A DNA stretch of 64,000 bases, taken from NCBI GenBank assembly GCA_040375445.1, contig JBEISK010000001.1:49144-113143 (forward strand), written 5' to 3'. Source of the stretch: Gammaproteobacteria bacterium (GTDB lineage Bacteria; Cyanobacteriota; Vampirovibrionia; Vampirovibrionales; JAJTHC01). A model generated the notes under the pieces. The model was given only the letters and a program-made list of their open reading frames with translations. It did not search any database and was not told the origin of the DNA. The translations under genes were made by a program, and so were the position numbers. Positions 20,511-31,330 of this stretch are shown piece after piece (position 1 is the stretch's first letter; every line of letters starts with the position of its first letter).

Positions 20511-21098
20511 TTACTTAATCGTTTCAGCCGTGGCAAAGTCTAAAAGAGCATCTAAATCAGCGGTGTCTTGTTGCTTGGCTTTCTCAATGGGAGGTAACCC
20601 CTTTTGACGCAAGATCTCATCTGTGCCGTAATAGTCAATCACATAATCAATGAATAAAATGCCGTTCAAGTGATCCATTTCATGTTGAATGGCTCTGCAA
20701 AGCAGGGGGTCATCCTTCACGTTGACGCTCATTTCTTGCTGGCGACCCTTTAAATCTTGGTAGCGAATGGTGAGTTCCGCATGACGCTTGACATCCACAA
20801 AGACTTCAGGGAAGCTTAGGCAGCCTTCGTGGCTCTTACAAGCCCCTTTGCTCTTGACGATTTTAGGGTTGATAAAGACCATAGCAGGGTATTTTTTAGT
20901 TTCACTGGAGCAATCCAATACAAAAATAGAGAGGCTTTCCCCCACTTGAGGTGCCGCTAGTCCACAACCGTTATTGGCGTACATGGTTTCCATCATATCA
21001 AAGACGAGCTTTTGAATCTTAGCCGAAACCTTCAAAACACGCTTGGCAGGAGTTCTTAAGACGGGGTGTCCGTATTTGACGACGTTGAGCTTACTCAT
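20511..21098 (-). CDS. def: peptide deformylase
   Basis: GCGLAAPQVG, EGCLSFPE, HEMDHLNG motifs. Confidence 0.9.
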   Translation of the reverse strand: MSKLNVVKYGHPVLRTPAKRVLKVSAKIQKLVFDMMETMYANNGCGLAAPQVGESLSIFVLDCSSETKKYPAMVFINPKIVKSKGACKSHEGCLSFPEVFVDVKRHAELTIRYQDLKGRQQEMSVNVKDDPLLCRAIQHEMDHLNGILFIDYVIDYYGTDEILRQKGLPPIEKAKQQDTADLDALLDFATAETIK

Positions 21099-21219
21099 GG
21101 AGGCATCCTTTATAAGTTAAGTTAAGACTATTCTATTATAAACAAAAAAGCCTCAACAGTTTTAAAACGTAAAGGCTTTTTAAGATTTGTAGTAGTCTAG
21201 GCTATTCTTTAAAACACTA

Positions 21220-22797
21220 TTAGCGTAAGTTTTGAGTCACCGTCGCCCCATGATCGCTCATCGCAAATTCGGAAATCAGCAAACCGCTTTGACCAAAAAT
21301 CCCCAAACCGAGCGTAAAGATAAGACAAATCACGGTGGCAAGCGTTAGCGTTTTACTTAGGTTCCAAGTGCTGTCTTTACCTTCGCCGATCAAGCGTTGA
21401 ACTTGTTCTGAAGGTTCACCAATGACCATCACTTTAATGATGTTTAAGTAGTAGTAGAGCGAAACGGTACTGGCGAGAAGTGCAATAATAATCACACCCA
21501 AATTGCCAAGATCGCTCAAAACAACGGATTGAAATAAGAAGAACTTAGCAAAAAATCCTGCGGTAATCGGAATTCCCGCTAGTCCCAATAAAAAGATACT
21601 AAAGGCAAACACACACCAAGGCTTTGCCTTGATTAACCCAGAGTAAGCACTAATCTGTTCAGATGCTAACAACTCATCGCCAATCATCGCACTGGCAAAC
21701 GCCCCTGTATTCATAAATATATAGGTGGCTAAGTAAAAGAGCAAAGCCCCTAGGCTGTTTTGCGTGAGTGCGGCAAGTCCGACGAGCATATAGCCTGCCT
21801 GAGCAATCGTCGAATAGCCAAGCAAACGCTTGATATTCGTTTGCTTTAAGGCAGCGACGTTGCCGACAATCATGGAAAGAACCGCTAAAAGACCGATTAA
21901 CAAAGCGACATTTTCGTTCCCTACCCCTGCAAAAGGCGTCAATAAACGAATGGCAAAGACAAAAGCCGCTAATTTTGAGATAACCGACAGAAAAGCGGTA
22001 ATCGGCGTAGGAGAACCTTCATACACATCAGGCGTCCACGTATGGAACGGAGCCGCTGAAACCTTAAAGCCGATGCCCGCTAGAATCATGACGATCGCAA
22101 GAGATGCCCAAGCACCCAAATCACTGGCTTGACTCAAGGCTTGAGGCAAGACGGAAAAACTTGTGGAACCGCCAGCTAAGCCGTAAATCAAGGCCAACCC
22201 AAAAAGCAAGACGGCTGAACTGCATCCGCCATAGACCAAGTACTTTAGGGATGCTTCGGTGCTTTTGAGGTTATTTCTTAAGTAGCCTGTTAAAATATAA
22301 GAGCTAATGCCTAAGGTTTCCAGTGCCACAAATGCCATAATCATGTCATTTGCTCCACAAAGAAGCAAGGCCCCTAAAAAGGCAGTGAGCAGTAAAGTAT
22401 AAAATTCGCCTGTTTGAGACGGCAAACGAGTTTCCACAAAACGCTTGCTCAAGTGCAAAATCAAGATGAAACCCAGCGTTAAGATAAAGCGAGCCACTAC
22501 TGAAAGTAAGTCGGCTTCAAACATCCCAAACATCACGCTTTGAGAAGCACTGGCTTGACCCGTGTAAAACAACTGGTAGTGCATGACAATAGAAATCAAA
22601 GCAACGACACTACCTAGTAATGCGATGCCCCAGCTCTTGGCTTGATCCACCTGCGTTTTCGCTAGCGACAAGGCAAAGGTCATCAATAAGGTCAAGCTAA
22701 TCACCAGTTCTGGTGCCAAAAAAGCAAGGTTTTGATTATAAATAAACTGACCAACATCGGTTTGAATCAAACTGTTGGAAATGGCTTCAAGCATCAT
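21220..22797 (-). CDS. nuoN: NADH-quinone oxidoreductase subunit N
   Basis: 525-aa polytopic antiporter-like subunit. Last gene of the nuo operon. Confidence 0.9.
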   Translation of the reverse strand: MMLEAISNSLIQTDVGQFIYNQNLAFLAPELVISLTLLMTFALSLAKTQVDQAKSWGIALLGSVVALISIVMHYQLFYTGQASASQSVMFGMFEADLLSVVARFILTLGFILILHLSKRFVETRLPSQTGEFYTLLLTAFLGALLLCGANDMIMAFVALETLGISSYILTGYLRNNLKSTEASLKYLVYGGCSSAVLLFGLALIYGLAGGSTSFSVLPQALSQASDLGAWASLAIVMILAGIGFKVSAAPFHTWTPDVYEGSPTPITAFLSVISKLAAFVFAIRLLTPFAGVGNENVALLIGLLAVLSMIVGNVAALKQTNIKRLLGYSTIAQAGYMLVGLAALTQNSLGALLFYLATYIFMNTGAFASAMIGDELLASEQISAYSGLIKAKPWCVFAFSIFLLGLAGIPITAGFFAKFFLFQSVVLSDLGNLGVIIIALLASTVSLYYYLNIIKVMVIGEPSEQVQRLIGEGKDSTWNLSKTLTLATVICLIFTLGLGIFGQSGLLISEFAMSDHGATVTQNLR

Positions 22798-22832
22798 GAT
22801 GGAATCCTTTGTTAACTATTGTTTCGAGAAGA

Positions 22833-24467
22833 TTACTGACCACCCATGGGCAAGTTTTGCGAAACCCCATTTTGTGGACTGTAGCCTTGTAATTGCTGTA
22901 ATAATGCTTGATCCCGTTGAATCAAGACCTGTTCAAAACGTTTACCAATGGCCTGGGTACTGCTTTGAAATTGACTCGTCAATAACTGAGGCTTAAAGCC
23001 TAGTACAATGACTAAAACCGCCAGTGTGCCTAGCACCCAAACTTCGTTACTTTTAGCATCTTCAATTTTTTGGCAAGCATCGGAAACGGCCCCGAAAAAA
23101 ATGCGTTTCACCAACCATAAAGAATAGGCGGCACCCAACACGATTCCTAAGGTGGAAAGCCCTGTAATCCACTGAATGTTGATGGGAAGGCTTACAAAAC
23201 CAAGGGGGATGGCTCTAAAGCTTTGAGAGATGAACGCACCATATAAAGCGAGTGTTTCACCTGCAAAACTAATCAAAAGCGGAAGCCCTAAGCTGGCTAA
23301 CGACATCAACAAGAAGGTATAGAAGATAAACGGTGCTTTTTGTGCGACTCCACCATGTAAGGCAATGTCTCGGCTATGGGTTTGACGATACAACGTGCCA
23401 ACGCCCAAGAATAAGGCGGCACTGACTAAACCGTGAGACACCATAATAAAGACCGCCGCCATTGTACCGACTTGGTTCATGGCCACGAGTGCCAACAGGA
23501 TGAATCCCATGTGGCTGACCGATGAATAAGCGATGAGCTTTTTCATATCGGTTTGAACCAGTGCGATACTACCCGTATAAACAATGTTAATAAAGGCTAA
23601 AACGCCAATATAAGGAGCTAAGGCTTGAGCAGCCACAGGGAACCAGTCGAATCCAAAACGCAGTAAACCGTAAGCTCCCATTTTAAGCAAGATTCCAGCG
23701 AGTAGCATGGAAATAGGCGTTGGCGCTTCAACGTGGGCATCGGGCAACCATGTATGAAGGGGAACAATCGGTAATTTCACCGCAAAAGCGATGAAGAATC
23801 CCACAAATAAAAGTAGTTGGAATACAGGTGGAATATAGCCTGATTGAGCCAAGGCTCCCAATTGCGTAAAGCTAAAGAGCGTTTCCCTCGGCAAGTGATA
23901 GCTTTGGCTGAAATACGCCAAACCAATGATGCTTGCGAGTAAAAAGACGGATCCAAAAAGTGTGTAAAGCACAAACTTCATGGCGGCATATTCACGACGA
24001 GGCCCGCCCCATGTGCTAATCAATAGGTACATCGGAATCAGTTCGAGTTCAAAGAAGAGGAAGAACAAGAACAAATCACGAGACAAAAACACACCCAAAA
24101 CAGAACCAATCAACACAAAAAGCAAGCTGTAATAGAACGGTAAGCGTTTTTCAATCGTAGAAAAACTGGCTCCAGTGGCTAAGACCATCAACAAGCTGGT
24201 TAAAACGGCAAGCGTGGTTGAAATGCCGTCTGTGCCAAGCGAGAAATTAATCCCTAAAGCAGGCAACCAAGACAAGTTAAATGTCGCCGTTTGTGCCTCA
24301 GGCGAAATGGCGAGTAGTCCTGTCAGGAGGAGCAATACAACGGATGCGCCTAGAGCAATACGATGAAGTCCTTTATGCGTCGACGCATCTTCTGCTTTTG
24401 AGAGGAAGGGAAAGATCCCTGCCACTAAAAAGGGAAAGCCAACAATAAGAGGGAGTAAATTGTTCAT
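22833..24467 (-). CDS. nuoM: NADH-quinone oxidoreductase subunit M
   Basis: 544 aa with NuoM/ND4-like sequence. Confidence 0.9.
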   Translation of the reverse strand: MNNLLPLIVGFPFLVAGIFPFLSKAEDASTHKGLHRIALGASVVLLLLTGLLAISPEAQTATFNLSWLPALGINFSLGTDGISTTLAVLTSLLMVLATGASFSTIEKRLPFYYSLLFVLIGSVLGVFLSRDLFLFFLFFELELIPMYLLISTWGGPRREYAAMKFVLYTLFGSVFLLASIIGLAYFSQSYHLPRETLFSFTQLGALAQSGYIPPVFQLLLFVGFFIAFAVKLPIVPLHTWLPDAHVEAPTPISMLLAGILLKMGAYGLLRFGFDWFPVAAQALAPYIGVLAFINIVYTGSIALVQTDMKKLIAYSSVSHMGFILLALVAMNQVGTMAAVFIMVSHGLVSAALFLGVGTLYRQTHSRDIALHGGVAQKAPFIFYTFLLMSLASLGLPLLISFAGETLALYGAFISQSFRAIPLGFVSLPINIQWITGLSTLGIVLGAAYSLWLVKRIFFGAVSDACQKIEDAKSNEVWVLGTLAVLVIVLGFKPQLLTSQFQSSTQAIGKRFEQVLIQRDQALLQQLQGYSPQNGVSQNLPMGGQ

Positions 24468-24479
24468 GTCTTGGGATTC

Positions 24480-26486
24480 CTAGCCTTTAAACATCCACTG
24501 ATACAGGAGCCACACACCCACAACACCAAATCCAATGGTGGCGACGTAGGTTTGAAGGCGTCCGCTGTTAAGTCGGGTAACAAGCTTGCCTAAGAGCAAG
24601 GTCACTGTGCCGACTAAGTTCACTAAACCGTCGATGACGTATTTGTCAAAACCTGCATTGAGTTGCGATTGAAGCAATACGCCCCCTTCCACAATGCCGT
24701 CGTAAATATCGTCCATATAAAACTTGTTTTGCGACAAGCTGTATAAAGGAGCCAATACTTTTTTTACGCCGTCGGTCTTAAAGACCTTGAAGTAGTAAAA
24801 CGCACTCGACAATCCAACACCAACCAACGCCACCAGCTGTGAGATATTCCCTACTTGGTTAAACATGGCATCCAGCAAGCTATGCGGATGATGTTCGGGA
24901 GCGTTTTGCAAGCTATACGTAATGTAATCGCCAAAGGCGGGAATGCCGACAAAGCCTGAAAGTACTAGACCGATGAAGATCGAAGGGATCGCTAAAATCT
25001 GTAAAGGCAATGTCATCACCTTATCTTCATGGTGAACATGGGCTTTACCACGATAATCACCCATAAAGGTCATAAAGAAGGTGCGGAACATGTAGAAGGC
25101 GGTCAAACCAGCCGTTGCCGTTAGAATCAGGTAAACCGCTGTATTTTCATGCAAAGCCGCCGCTAGAATCTCGTCTTTACTCCAGAAACCACTCGTCCAA
25201 AACAAGCCTGAAATGGCAATCGTTCCAATCAAGTAAGTCAACCCTGTAATGGGGAGCTTCTTGAATAAGCCTCCCATTTGACGCATGTCTTGCTCGTCTT
25301 CACAGGCGTGAATCACACTGCCTGAGCAGAGAAAGAGCATCGCTTTGAAAAAAGCGTGCGTAAAGAGGTGGAACAATCCTGCGGTGTATGCCCCAAGCCC
25401 CATTGCCGCAACCATAAAGCCGAGTTGAGACATCGTGGAATACGCCAACGCTTTTTTAATATCCGTTTGAGACACGGCAATAATCGCACCGACTACAGCG
25501 GTGATGACGCCCGTCCAAGTAATGAAAGGCATCGCCATATCAGGGGAAATACTAATAATGGGGAAGACTCGAGCAATGAGGTAAACCCCAGCGGCGACCA
25601 TGGTCGCAGCGTGAATCAAAGCTGAAATAGGCGTCGGACCTTCCATGGCATCGGGTAACCATGTATGCAAGGGGAACTGAGCGGATTTCGCCATAGGCCC
25701 AGCGAAAATAAGGATCGCAATTGTGCCGAGCAACCAAGGCGGTAACGTTTGACTCATAAAGCCTGCTAATGATTCAAAGCCTTGAAAGGACAATAACGCT
25801 TGTTCAGGATGCAATCCCACATAGCCTTGCCACCAGTTCAGACTAAAGAAGAGCAAGAACAGGATGCCAATTAAAAAGCCAAAGTCTCCAACACGGTTGA
25901 CCAAGAAAGCTTTTAAAGAAGCGGCAGCCGCAGCTGGCTTGTGGAACCAAAAACCAATCAATAGGTAACTGGAAACACCCACCAATTCCCAAAACATATA
26001 CATTTGAGGCAAGTTCGTGGCAAGGACCAATCCCAACATACTAAAATTGAATAAGGCTAAGTAACCGAAAAACTTAGCATAACCCTTGTCATGTCGCATG
26101 TAACCGTGCGTATAGTATTGAATCAGAAGACTCACAAAGGTGACGACGCTCAACATAAGGACGCTGTTCGCATCCAATAAGGTACCGATTTTAAGTTCTA
26201 AATTGCCTGCAGACAGCCAAGTCCAGTTACGTTCAACCGCTTGAACGGCTTCATGTGGCTGAGCAAAAAGCCACTGAATGGCTGAAATCGCATGGAGCAA
26301 TCCCAAGCCTGTTGCCGTCATGGTTAAAATGGGGGCAGAAATCTGAGGCAATAAAGCGGTTTTTTCGCCTGTTTGTGGGTCATTGATTTGTATGGCACGA
26401 CCAATACTAATAGTTAAAAATGCAAGAAGGGGGTAAAGTGGGACAAGCCACAGGTTGTTTAAAAAAAAGTCTGAAAACCAATTCAT
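24480..26486 (-). CDS. nuoL: NADH-quinone oxidoreductase subunit L
   Basis: 668 aa with NuoL/ND5-like sequence. Confidence 0.9.
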   Translation of the reverse strand: MNWFSDFFLNNLWLVPLYPLLAFLTISIGRAIQINDPQTGEKTALLPQISAPILTMTATGLGLLHAISAIQWLFAQPHEAVQAVERNWTWLSAGNLELKIGTLLDANSVLMLSVVTFVSLLIQYYTHGYMRHDKGYAKFFGYLALFNFSMLGLVLATNLPQMYMFWELVGVSSYLLIGFWFHKPAAAAASLKAFLVNRVGDFGFLIGILFLLFFSLNWWQGYVGLHPEQALLSFQGFESLAGFMSQTLPPWLLGTIAILIFAGPMAKSAQFPLHTWLPDAMEGPTPISALIHAATMVAAGVYLIARVFPIISISPDMAMPFITWTGVITAVVGAIIAVSQTDIKKALAYSTMSQLGFMVAAMGLGAYTAGLFHLFTHAFFKAMLFLCSGSVIHACEDEQDMRQMGGLFKKLPITGLTYLIGTIAISGLFWTSGFWSKDEILAAALHENTAVYLILTATAGLTAFYMFRTFFMTFMGDYRGKAHVHHEDKVMTLPLQILAIPSIFIGLVLSGFVGIPAFGDYITYSLQNAPEHHPHSLLDAMFNQVGNISQLVALVGVGLSSAFYYFKVFKTDGVKKVLAPLYSLSQNKFYMDDIYDGIVEGGVLLQSQLNAGFDKYVIDGLVNLVGTVTLLLGKLVTRLNSGRLQTYVATIGFGVVGVWLLYQWMFKG

Positions 26487-26549
26487 GGCGAGGGGCTACT
26501 CCTTAATACATCTGTTTAATTTTGGAATATCGTGACAATTTTGCATCAA

Positions 26550-26900
26550 TTACCACTTCAAACGACTGAAATCTTCAACATCAACGCTCGCCGTATTTTT
26601 AAACAAGGCGAGAACAATGGCGAGTCCTACGGCGGCTTCGGCAGCAGAAATCGTCAAAATAAAGATGGCAAATACTTGCCCTGACAAATCACTCGGATTC
26701 ACATGATTGTTGATGGCAACAAAAACCAAGTTCACAGCATTGAGCATCAATTCAACGCACATAAGTGTACGAATCAAGTGGCGTGAACTGACGACACCTG
26801 CAAAGCCCAATCCAAATAAAATGGTGGCAACACCTAAGTAATGGTGAACGGTAAGCCCTGCTACGGCAGCGACTTCGGCGACTTCTGCACTCATCATCAT
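26550..26900 (-). CDS. nuoK: NADH-quinone oxidoreductase subunit K
   Basis: About 100 aa with three TM helices (...LMCVELMLNAVNLVFV...). Start taken at the Met whose ATG overlaps the nuoJ stop (ATGA). Confidence 0.85.
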   Translation of the reverse strand: MMMSAEVAEVAAVAGLTVHHYLGVATILFGLGFAGVVSSRHLIRTLMCVELMLNAVNLVFVAINNHVNPSDLSGQVFAIFILTISAAEAAVGLAIVLALFKNTASVDVEDFSRLKW

Positions 26901-27565
26901 AGTGAACATTCCTTTTTAAGCTCTTCGGTAGCAGGGGCTTCTTCTTCGGCGACTTCGGCATCGACAAAGCCGACATCCTTACGCCATTCAGCCGCAAGCG
27001 TCGGCTTTAAGCGACCTTCTTGAATAGAAAACGTCAAGCCTGGCTCTTGAGACGTAAACGTTTTTTTGGAAAGCATAATGGCTCCAATCATTGCCCCTAA
27101 AAGCAAGATAGACGCCACTTCAAAGGGAAGCACATACTTGCTAAATAGTAATTGGCCAATCGCCAATGTGCTGCCTTGCTCGTGCAATTCTCTAATCCAT
27201 TGAGCAGATGCGGGGAATTGCTTGATATTAAAGCCCATAACGCTTGTGAAAATAAGGGCGAACAGAGCAACAGAACTAATACTGGCAATGAGTAGCCGTC
27301 CGAGTTTGCCTGCTCGTGCTTTTAAAGGCGTGTCGCCTGTAAACATGATACCAAACAACATGACAATGGTAAGCCCTACACCATAGACCAACACTTGAGC
27401 GGTCGCTAAGAAATCAGCGTTGTTCAACAGGAAAAAAGCGGCGATCGAAAAGAAGACCACAATCAGGCTCAACGCACTGTAAAGCACACTTGGAGCCAAT
27501 ACCACGCCTAAGGCGGCTCCTATGGCAACGGTTGCAAAAATCCAAAATAAGGTAGATTCAAACAA
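26897..27565 (-). CDS. nuoJ: NADH-quinone oxidoreductase subunit J
   Basis: 222-aa membrane subunit, positioned between nuoI and nuoK. Confidence 0.85.
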   Translation of the reverse strand: MFESTLFWIFATVAIGAALGVVLAPSVLYSALSLIVVFFSIAAFFLLNNADFLATAQVLVYGVGLTIVMLFGIMFTGDTPLKARAGKLGRLLIASISSVALFALIFTSVMGFNIKQFPASAQWIRELHEQGSTLAIGQLLFSKYVLPFEVASILLLGAMIGAIMLSKKTFTSQEPGLTFSIQEGRLKPTLAAEWRKDVGFVDAEVAEEEAPATEELKKECSL

Positions 27566-27610
27566 TGTATAAGCTCCAATCTAAACAAGGCTAACAGGGG
27601 ACGAAACGTC

Positions 27611-28141
27611 CTATAATACGGTGGGCGTATAGCCACGTTTGGCACGCCATTCATCAGATTCTTGACCACTAAGGGTGAGATCTTTTTTGTCAAGTACTAA
27701 GGCTTCACGGCTGTAATCCGCCAACTCAAAGTCGCTTAACATTTTAATGCAATCCACAGGGCAGACTTCGGTACAGTTTCCGCAGAAAATGCAACGTCCC
27801 ATATCAATGGTAAAACGTGTAACGACAGGCTTTTTATCGTCGTCACGATGCATGTCGATCTGAATGAGGTCATCACACGGGCAGACCCTTGCACAGGCTT
27901 GACACCCGATACATAGATCCGTGTCATCAGATTTCGACAACAGGCTCAAGCGTCCGTGAAAGCGGTCGCTTAATTCAGGCATGACTTCAGGATATTCAAG
28001 CGTGACGGCTTCTCTTGGGTGATGCTTAAGTACGGTTGCAAAACCTTGTGCAATCGCCTTAATGCCTTCAAAAACGACATTGCCTTCGGCATGTTCAATC
28101 GCATTGAGGGGATGTTGAGCATCGTGTGAATGATTCGACAT
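27611..28141 (-). CDS. nuoI: NADH-quinone oxidoreductase subunit I (two 4Fe-4S ferredoxin motifs)
   Basis: CIGCQACARVCP and CIFCGNCTEVCP. Confidence 0.9.
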   Translation of the reverse strand: MSNHSHDAQHPLNAIEHAEGNVVFEGIKAIAQGFATVLKHHPREAVTLEYPEVMPELSDRFHGRLSLLSKSDDTDLCIGCQACARVCPCDDLIQIDMHRDDDKKPVVTRFTIDMGRCIFCGNCTEVCPVDCIKMLSDFELADYSREALVLDKKDLTLSGQESDEWRAKRGYTPTVL

Positions 28142-28162
28142 AGCAAGACAAAATCCTTTTGA

Positions 28163-29458
28163 CTAAGCGTGATAACGAGCAGCCACTTGGGCTTTAAATT
28201 GACGATCGATGAAGTGACAGAAGCCACCGACACCACAAATGCCGACGAGTGCTGCAAGGGCGAGATAGATCCAACTGCCTGCGAAACCGTCCGCCAAAAA
28301 ACTAAGGCTAAACTGCTTGGCAAAGCCGAGCATGAACAAGTTAATTAAAGAAAGCGGAATGAGGAACTTCCAGCAGAAGCCCATGAGCTGATCGGGCTTT
28401 AAGCGAGGGAGTGTGCCTCTTAAAAGCATCGCAATATAGATGAAAATGTAGGTTTTGCTGAGCATCCAGAAGATTTGTTCACCGTTTACGAGCAAAGGCT
28501 TAATGGCAGGGAGCTTCACGGCTTGAATGATGGCATCCGCTAAGCCGTAGTTCTGCATGAAGGTGCCTCCAAAAGGCGAGGTGTATCCGCCAAAGAACAA
28601 CGCCACGGTTAGAGCAGACAATACAAACAAGCCCGCATATTCTGCCAAGAAGAAGGTCGCAAACTTCATACCCGAGTATTCGGTGTTATAACCGCTGACC
28701 AGTTCGCTTTCCGCTTCAGGTAAATCGAACGGCACACGGTTGACTTCGGCAATTGAAGCCACATAGAATAACAAGAAGCTTAATGGTGTGAGCATGATGC
28801 CGTACCAGTGAAGGACTCCTCCGCTTTGGGCTTCGATAATAGTCTTCAAGTTACCGCTACCCGTGAATAAAACCACGCCAATCACCGATAAAATCAGAGG
28901 AACTTCATAGCTAATGGCTTGAGCCGCACTACGCATCCCACCCAGCAACGAGTATTTATTGTTCGATGCCCAACCTGCAAGCACGAGTCCGATCACCGAA
29001 ATAGACGATAACGCAAACAGAACAAGCAAGCCCAAAGGCAAGCTTACCCCAATGAGGCTCTCGCTAAACGGCACAATCGCATACAAGGCAAACACAGGGA
29101 ATAAGAAAATCGCAGGAGCCAAGGTGAACAAGAACTTGTCCATCACAGGGGTCATAATATCTTCTTTAGTCAGAAGCTTAACGCCATCGGCGATGGTTTG
29201 AAACATTCCGCCAGGCCCGACTCGGTTAGGGCCTTTACGTTGCGTAAACCATGAAAGGACTTTACGTTCCATTAAAACCATGACCACCGCAGCGGCTTGA
29301 CCCATGACGGCGACCATACCAAACAACACCACGCCCGTTAAGAAAATAGGCACAATATCAGGCAATTGATGCCACAATTCAATGGCTTTCATAAAGTGAA
29401 AGCTTGGATCTAGAAGTTGTGCAAGTGTGGGGATTTCAAAGCTGGCAGTCGCGTTCAT
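28163..29458 (-). CDS. nuoH: NADH-quinone oxidoreductase subunit H (with N-terminal extension)
   Basis: ERKVLSWFTQRKGPNRVGPGG... matches the NuoH/ND1 core. Confidence 0.9.
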   Translation of the reverse strand: MNATASFEIPTLAQLLDPSFHFMKAIELWHQLPDIVPIFLTGVVLFGMVAVMGQAAAVVMVLMERKVLSWFTQRKGPNRVGPGGMFQTIADGVKLLTKEDIMTPVMDKFLFTLAPAIFLFPVFALYAIVPFSESLIGVSLPLGLLVLFALSSISVIGLVLAGWASNNKYSLLGGMRSAAQAISYEVPLILSVIGVVLFTGSGNLKTIIEAQSGGVLHWYGIMLTPLSFLLFYVASIAEVNRVPFDLPEAESELVSGYNTEYSGMKFATFFLAEYAGLFVLSALTVALFFGGYTSPFGGTFMQNYGLADAIIQAVKLPAIKPLLVNGEQIFWMLSKTYIFIYIAMLLRGTLPRLKPDQLMGFCWKFLIPLSLINLFMLGFAKQFSLSFLADGFAGSWIYLALAALVGICGVGGFCHFIDRQFKAQVAARYHA

Positions 29459-29491
29459 AGGATTGCATCTCTTTCTTTGGGCAAACAGGGC

Positions 29492-30775
29492 TTATCTGTC
29501 TACTTCAGGCATAATAACGTCGAGGCTACCAAAAATAGCCATTAAATCGGAATACATATGACCCTTCATCAATTCTGGAAGAGCGGACAAATTGCTGAAA
29601 GACGCCCCACGCCACTTGATGCGATACGCCTTAGGCGTGCCGTCGGTAATAATGTAGCAACCCAAAACACCACGAGGCGATTCCACAAAGTTGGACGCTT
29701 CACCAGCGGGTGGCTTATAGGTCAACAAATTGATTTTCTTGCCCATGGTATCCCAATCCTTGTCCCAAGGAGGCACAACGATTTCAGGATTTTTCTTGGC
29801 TTCTTTGGTTTTGGCTTCAACCTCTTTTTTCAGAATGGCTAAAGCACCGCCGTCTCCACCAGGGATTTTGTCAATGCACTGTTTGATGATTTTAATGGAT
29901 TCACGCATTTCTTGCACACGCACCAAGTAACGAGCATAGGTATCGCACCCTGTATGCGTCGGCACATCAAAATCCAATTCGTTATATACTGAATAAGGAT
30001 TCGTTTTACGAAGGTCTAAGGCTTCACCTGTGGCTCGCAAAGCAGGACCCGTCACGCCGTATTTAAGGCAGAACTCTTTGCTCATAATGCCGTGACCCTT
30101 GGTTCGATCCATTACAATGGGGTTCTTGGTGGCAACCGCTTCGTATTCATCCAAACGATCGGGGAAATGATTACAGAAGGCACGCACTTCTTCCAGCCAG
30201 CCAGCAGGCAAGTCATTGTTGACGCCTCCAAAGCGGAAGTAGTTGTACATCATTCTTGCCCCAGTGAGGTTTTCAAAAATCGTGAAGACTTCTTCACGAT
30301 CTCTAAAACACCAGAAGAAAGGCGTAGACGCCCCTAAATCAAGCAAGAATGTTCCAAACCACAACAAGTGAGACGTAATACGGTTTAATTCAAGACAAAT
30401 CACACGGATATATTCCACACGCTTAGGCACAGGAATATCGGCAATTTGCTCGATGCAATTGACAAAAACCAAGTGATCGTAAAACGATGAGAGATATTCC
30501 ACACGGTCAATCGTCGGCTGATATTGAAACAAGGAACGACTTTCGCCCATTTTTTCCTTGGAGCGATGCAAATAACCAATCACAGGCTCCATTTCTTTAA
30601 CAACTTCACCATTCAGCGTGGTGACCAAACGCAAAACGCCGTGAGTTGAAGGATGCTGAGGTCCGATATTGACGACCAAATCATTGGTGTCAAACCCTGT
30701 TTCTATAGAAACACCCGGTAAGTTGCTTTGCAATTCAGGATTCAATTCTTTAACAGACATCATAGTAGTTTCCAA
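29492..30775 (-). CDS. nuoD: NADH-quinone oxidoreductase subunit D
   Basis: 427 aa with NuoD/49 kDa-like sequence (GPQHPSTHGVLRL...). Confidence 0.9.
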   Translation of the reverse strand: METTMMSVKELNPELQSNLPGVSIETGFDTNDLVVNIGPQHPSTHGVLRLVTTLNGEVVKEMEPVIGYLHRSKEKMGESRSLFQYQPTIDRVEYLSSFYDHLVFVNCIEQIADIPVPKRVEYIRVICLELNRITSHLLWFGTFLLDLGASTPFFWCFRDREEVFTIFENLTGARMMYNYFRFGGVNNDLPAGWLEEVRAFCNHFPDRLDEYEAVATKNPIVMDRTKGHGIMSKEFCLKYGVTGPALRATGEALDLRKTNPYSVYNELDFDVPTHTGCDTYARYLVRVQEMRESIKIIKQCIDKIPGGDGGALAILKKEVEAKTKEAKKNPEIVVPPWDKDWDTMGKKINLLTYKPPAGEASNFVESPRGVLGCYIITDGTPKAYRIKWRGASFSNLSALPELMKGHMYSDLMAIFGSLDVIMPEVDR

Positions 30776-30796
30776 AACGTTTAACGAATAACAAGA

Positions 30797-31330
30797 CTAG
30801 CGACGGTTCCACACCAATCGAGGGTCTTCTTCTTTGTAATCTTTACGCAAGGGGTGACCTAACCAATAGGTCGGCATTAAAATGCGACGCAAATCAGGAT
30901 GCCCCTCATAGTGAATACCCATTAAATCATAGGCTTCACGCTCATGCCAATCAGCCGCAGGCCAAACAGGGTAAAGGCTTGGGGATGTGTCGTTCGCATC
31001 GGCGACGATTTTAATAATCAATGAATGGTAATGCACGGTGGAATAGAGATGATAAACGCTTTCACGATGCGTCTTCCAGTCAATTCCCGTCACCAATAGG
31101 AGCATATCAAGCTTTGAGCTAGCATCACCCTTAAGCAACTCGCCTGCTTTAAGAATGGCTTCAGCGGTTAAGCGAATAATTTCGGTACCTTTGGCGTCGT
31201 TGCCTAGATGTTCAGCAGCAATACCTTTAGATTCAAGCAAGGCCCCAAACATACCAGCAGGAATAGCGGGCGTCGCTTCAATCACTTCAGTTTCAGGAGC
31301 CTGTTCAGGCGATTTATTTTCTTCGTTCAT
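30797..31330 (-). CDS. nuoC: NADH-quinone oxidoreductase subunit C
   Basis: 177-aa NuoC/30 kDa-like protein (...[22 protein letters not shown]...). Confidence 0.85.
   Translation of the reverse strand: MNEENKSPEQAPETEVIEATPAIPAGMFGALLESKGIAAEHLGNDAKGTEIIRLTAEAILKAGELLKGDASSKLDMLLLVTGIDWKTHRESVYHLYSTVHYHSLIIKIVADANDTSPSLYPVWPAADWHEREAYDLMGIHYEGHPDLRRILMPTYWLGHPLRKDYKEEDPRLVWNRR

Noticed and set aside
21145-21185. Terminator between def and the nuo operon
   Set aside because: Only a 6-bp stem (AAGCCT/AGGCTT) with a 20-nt loop, which is too weak. def may be co-transcribed with the nuo operon or use another signal.
29458-29492. Gap where nuoE, F and G would be expected
   Set aside because: Only 33 nt separate nuoD and nuoH, so the genes are genuinely absent from the operon rather than missed.
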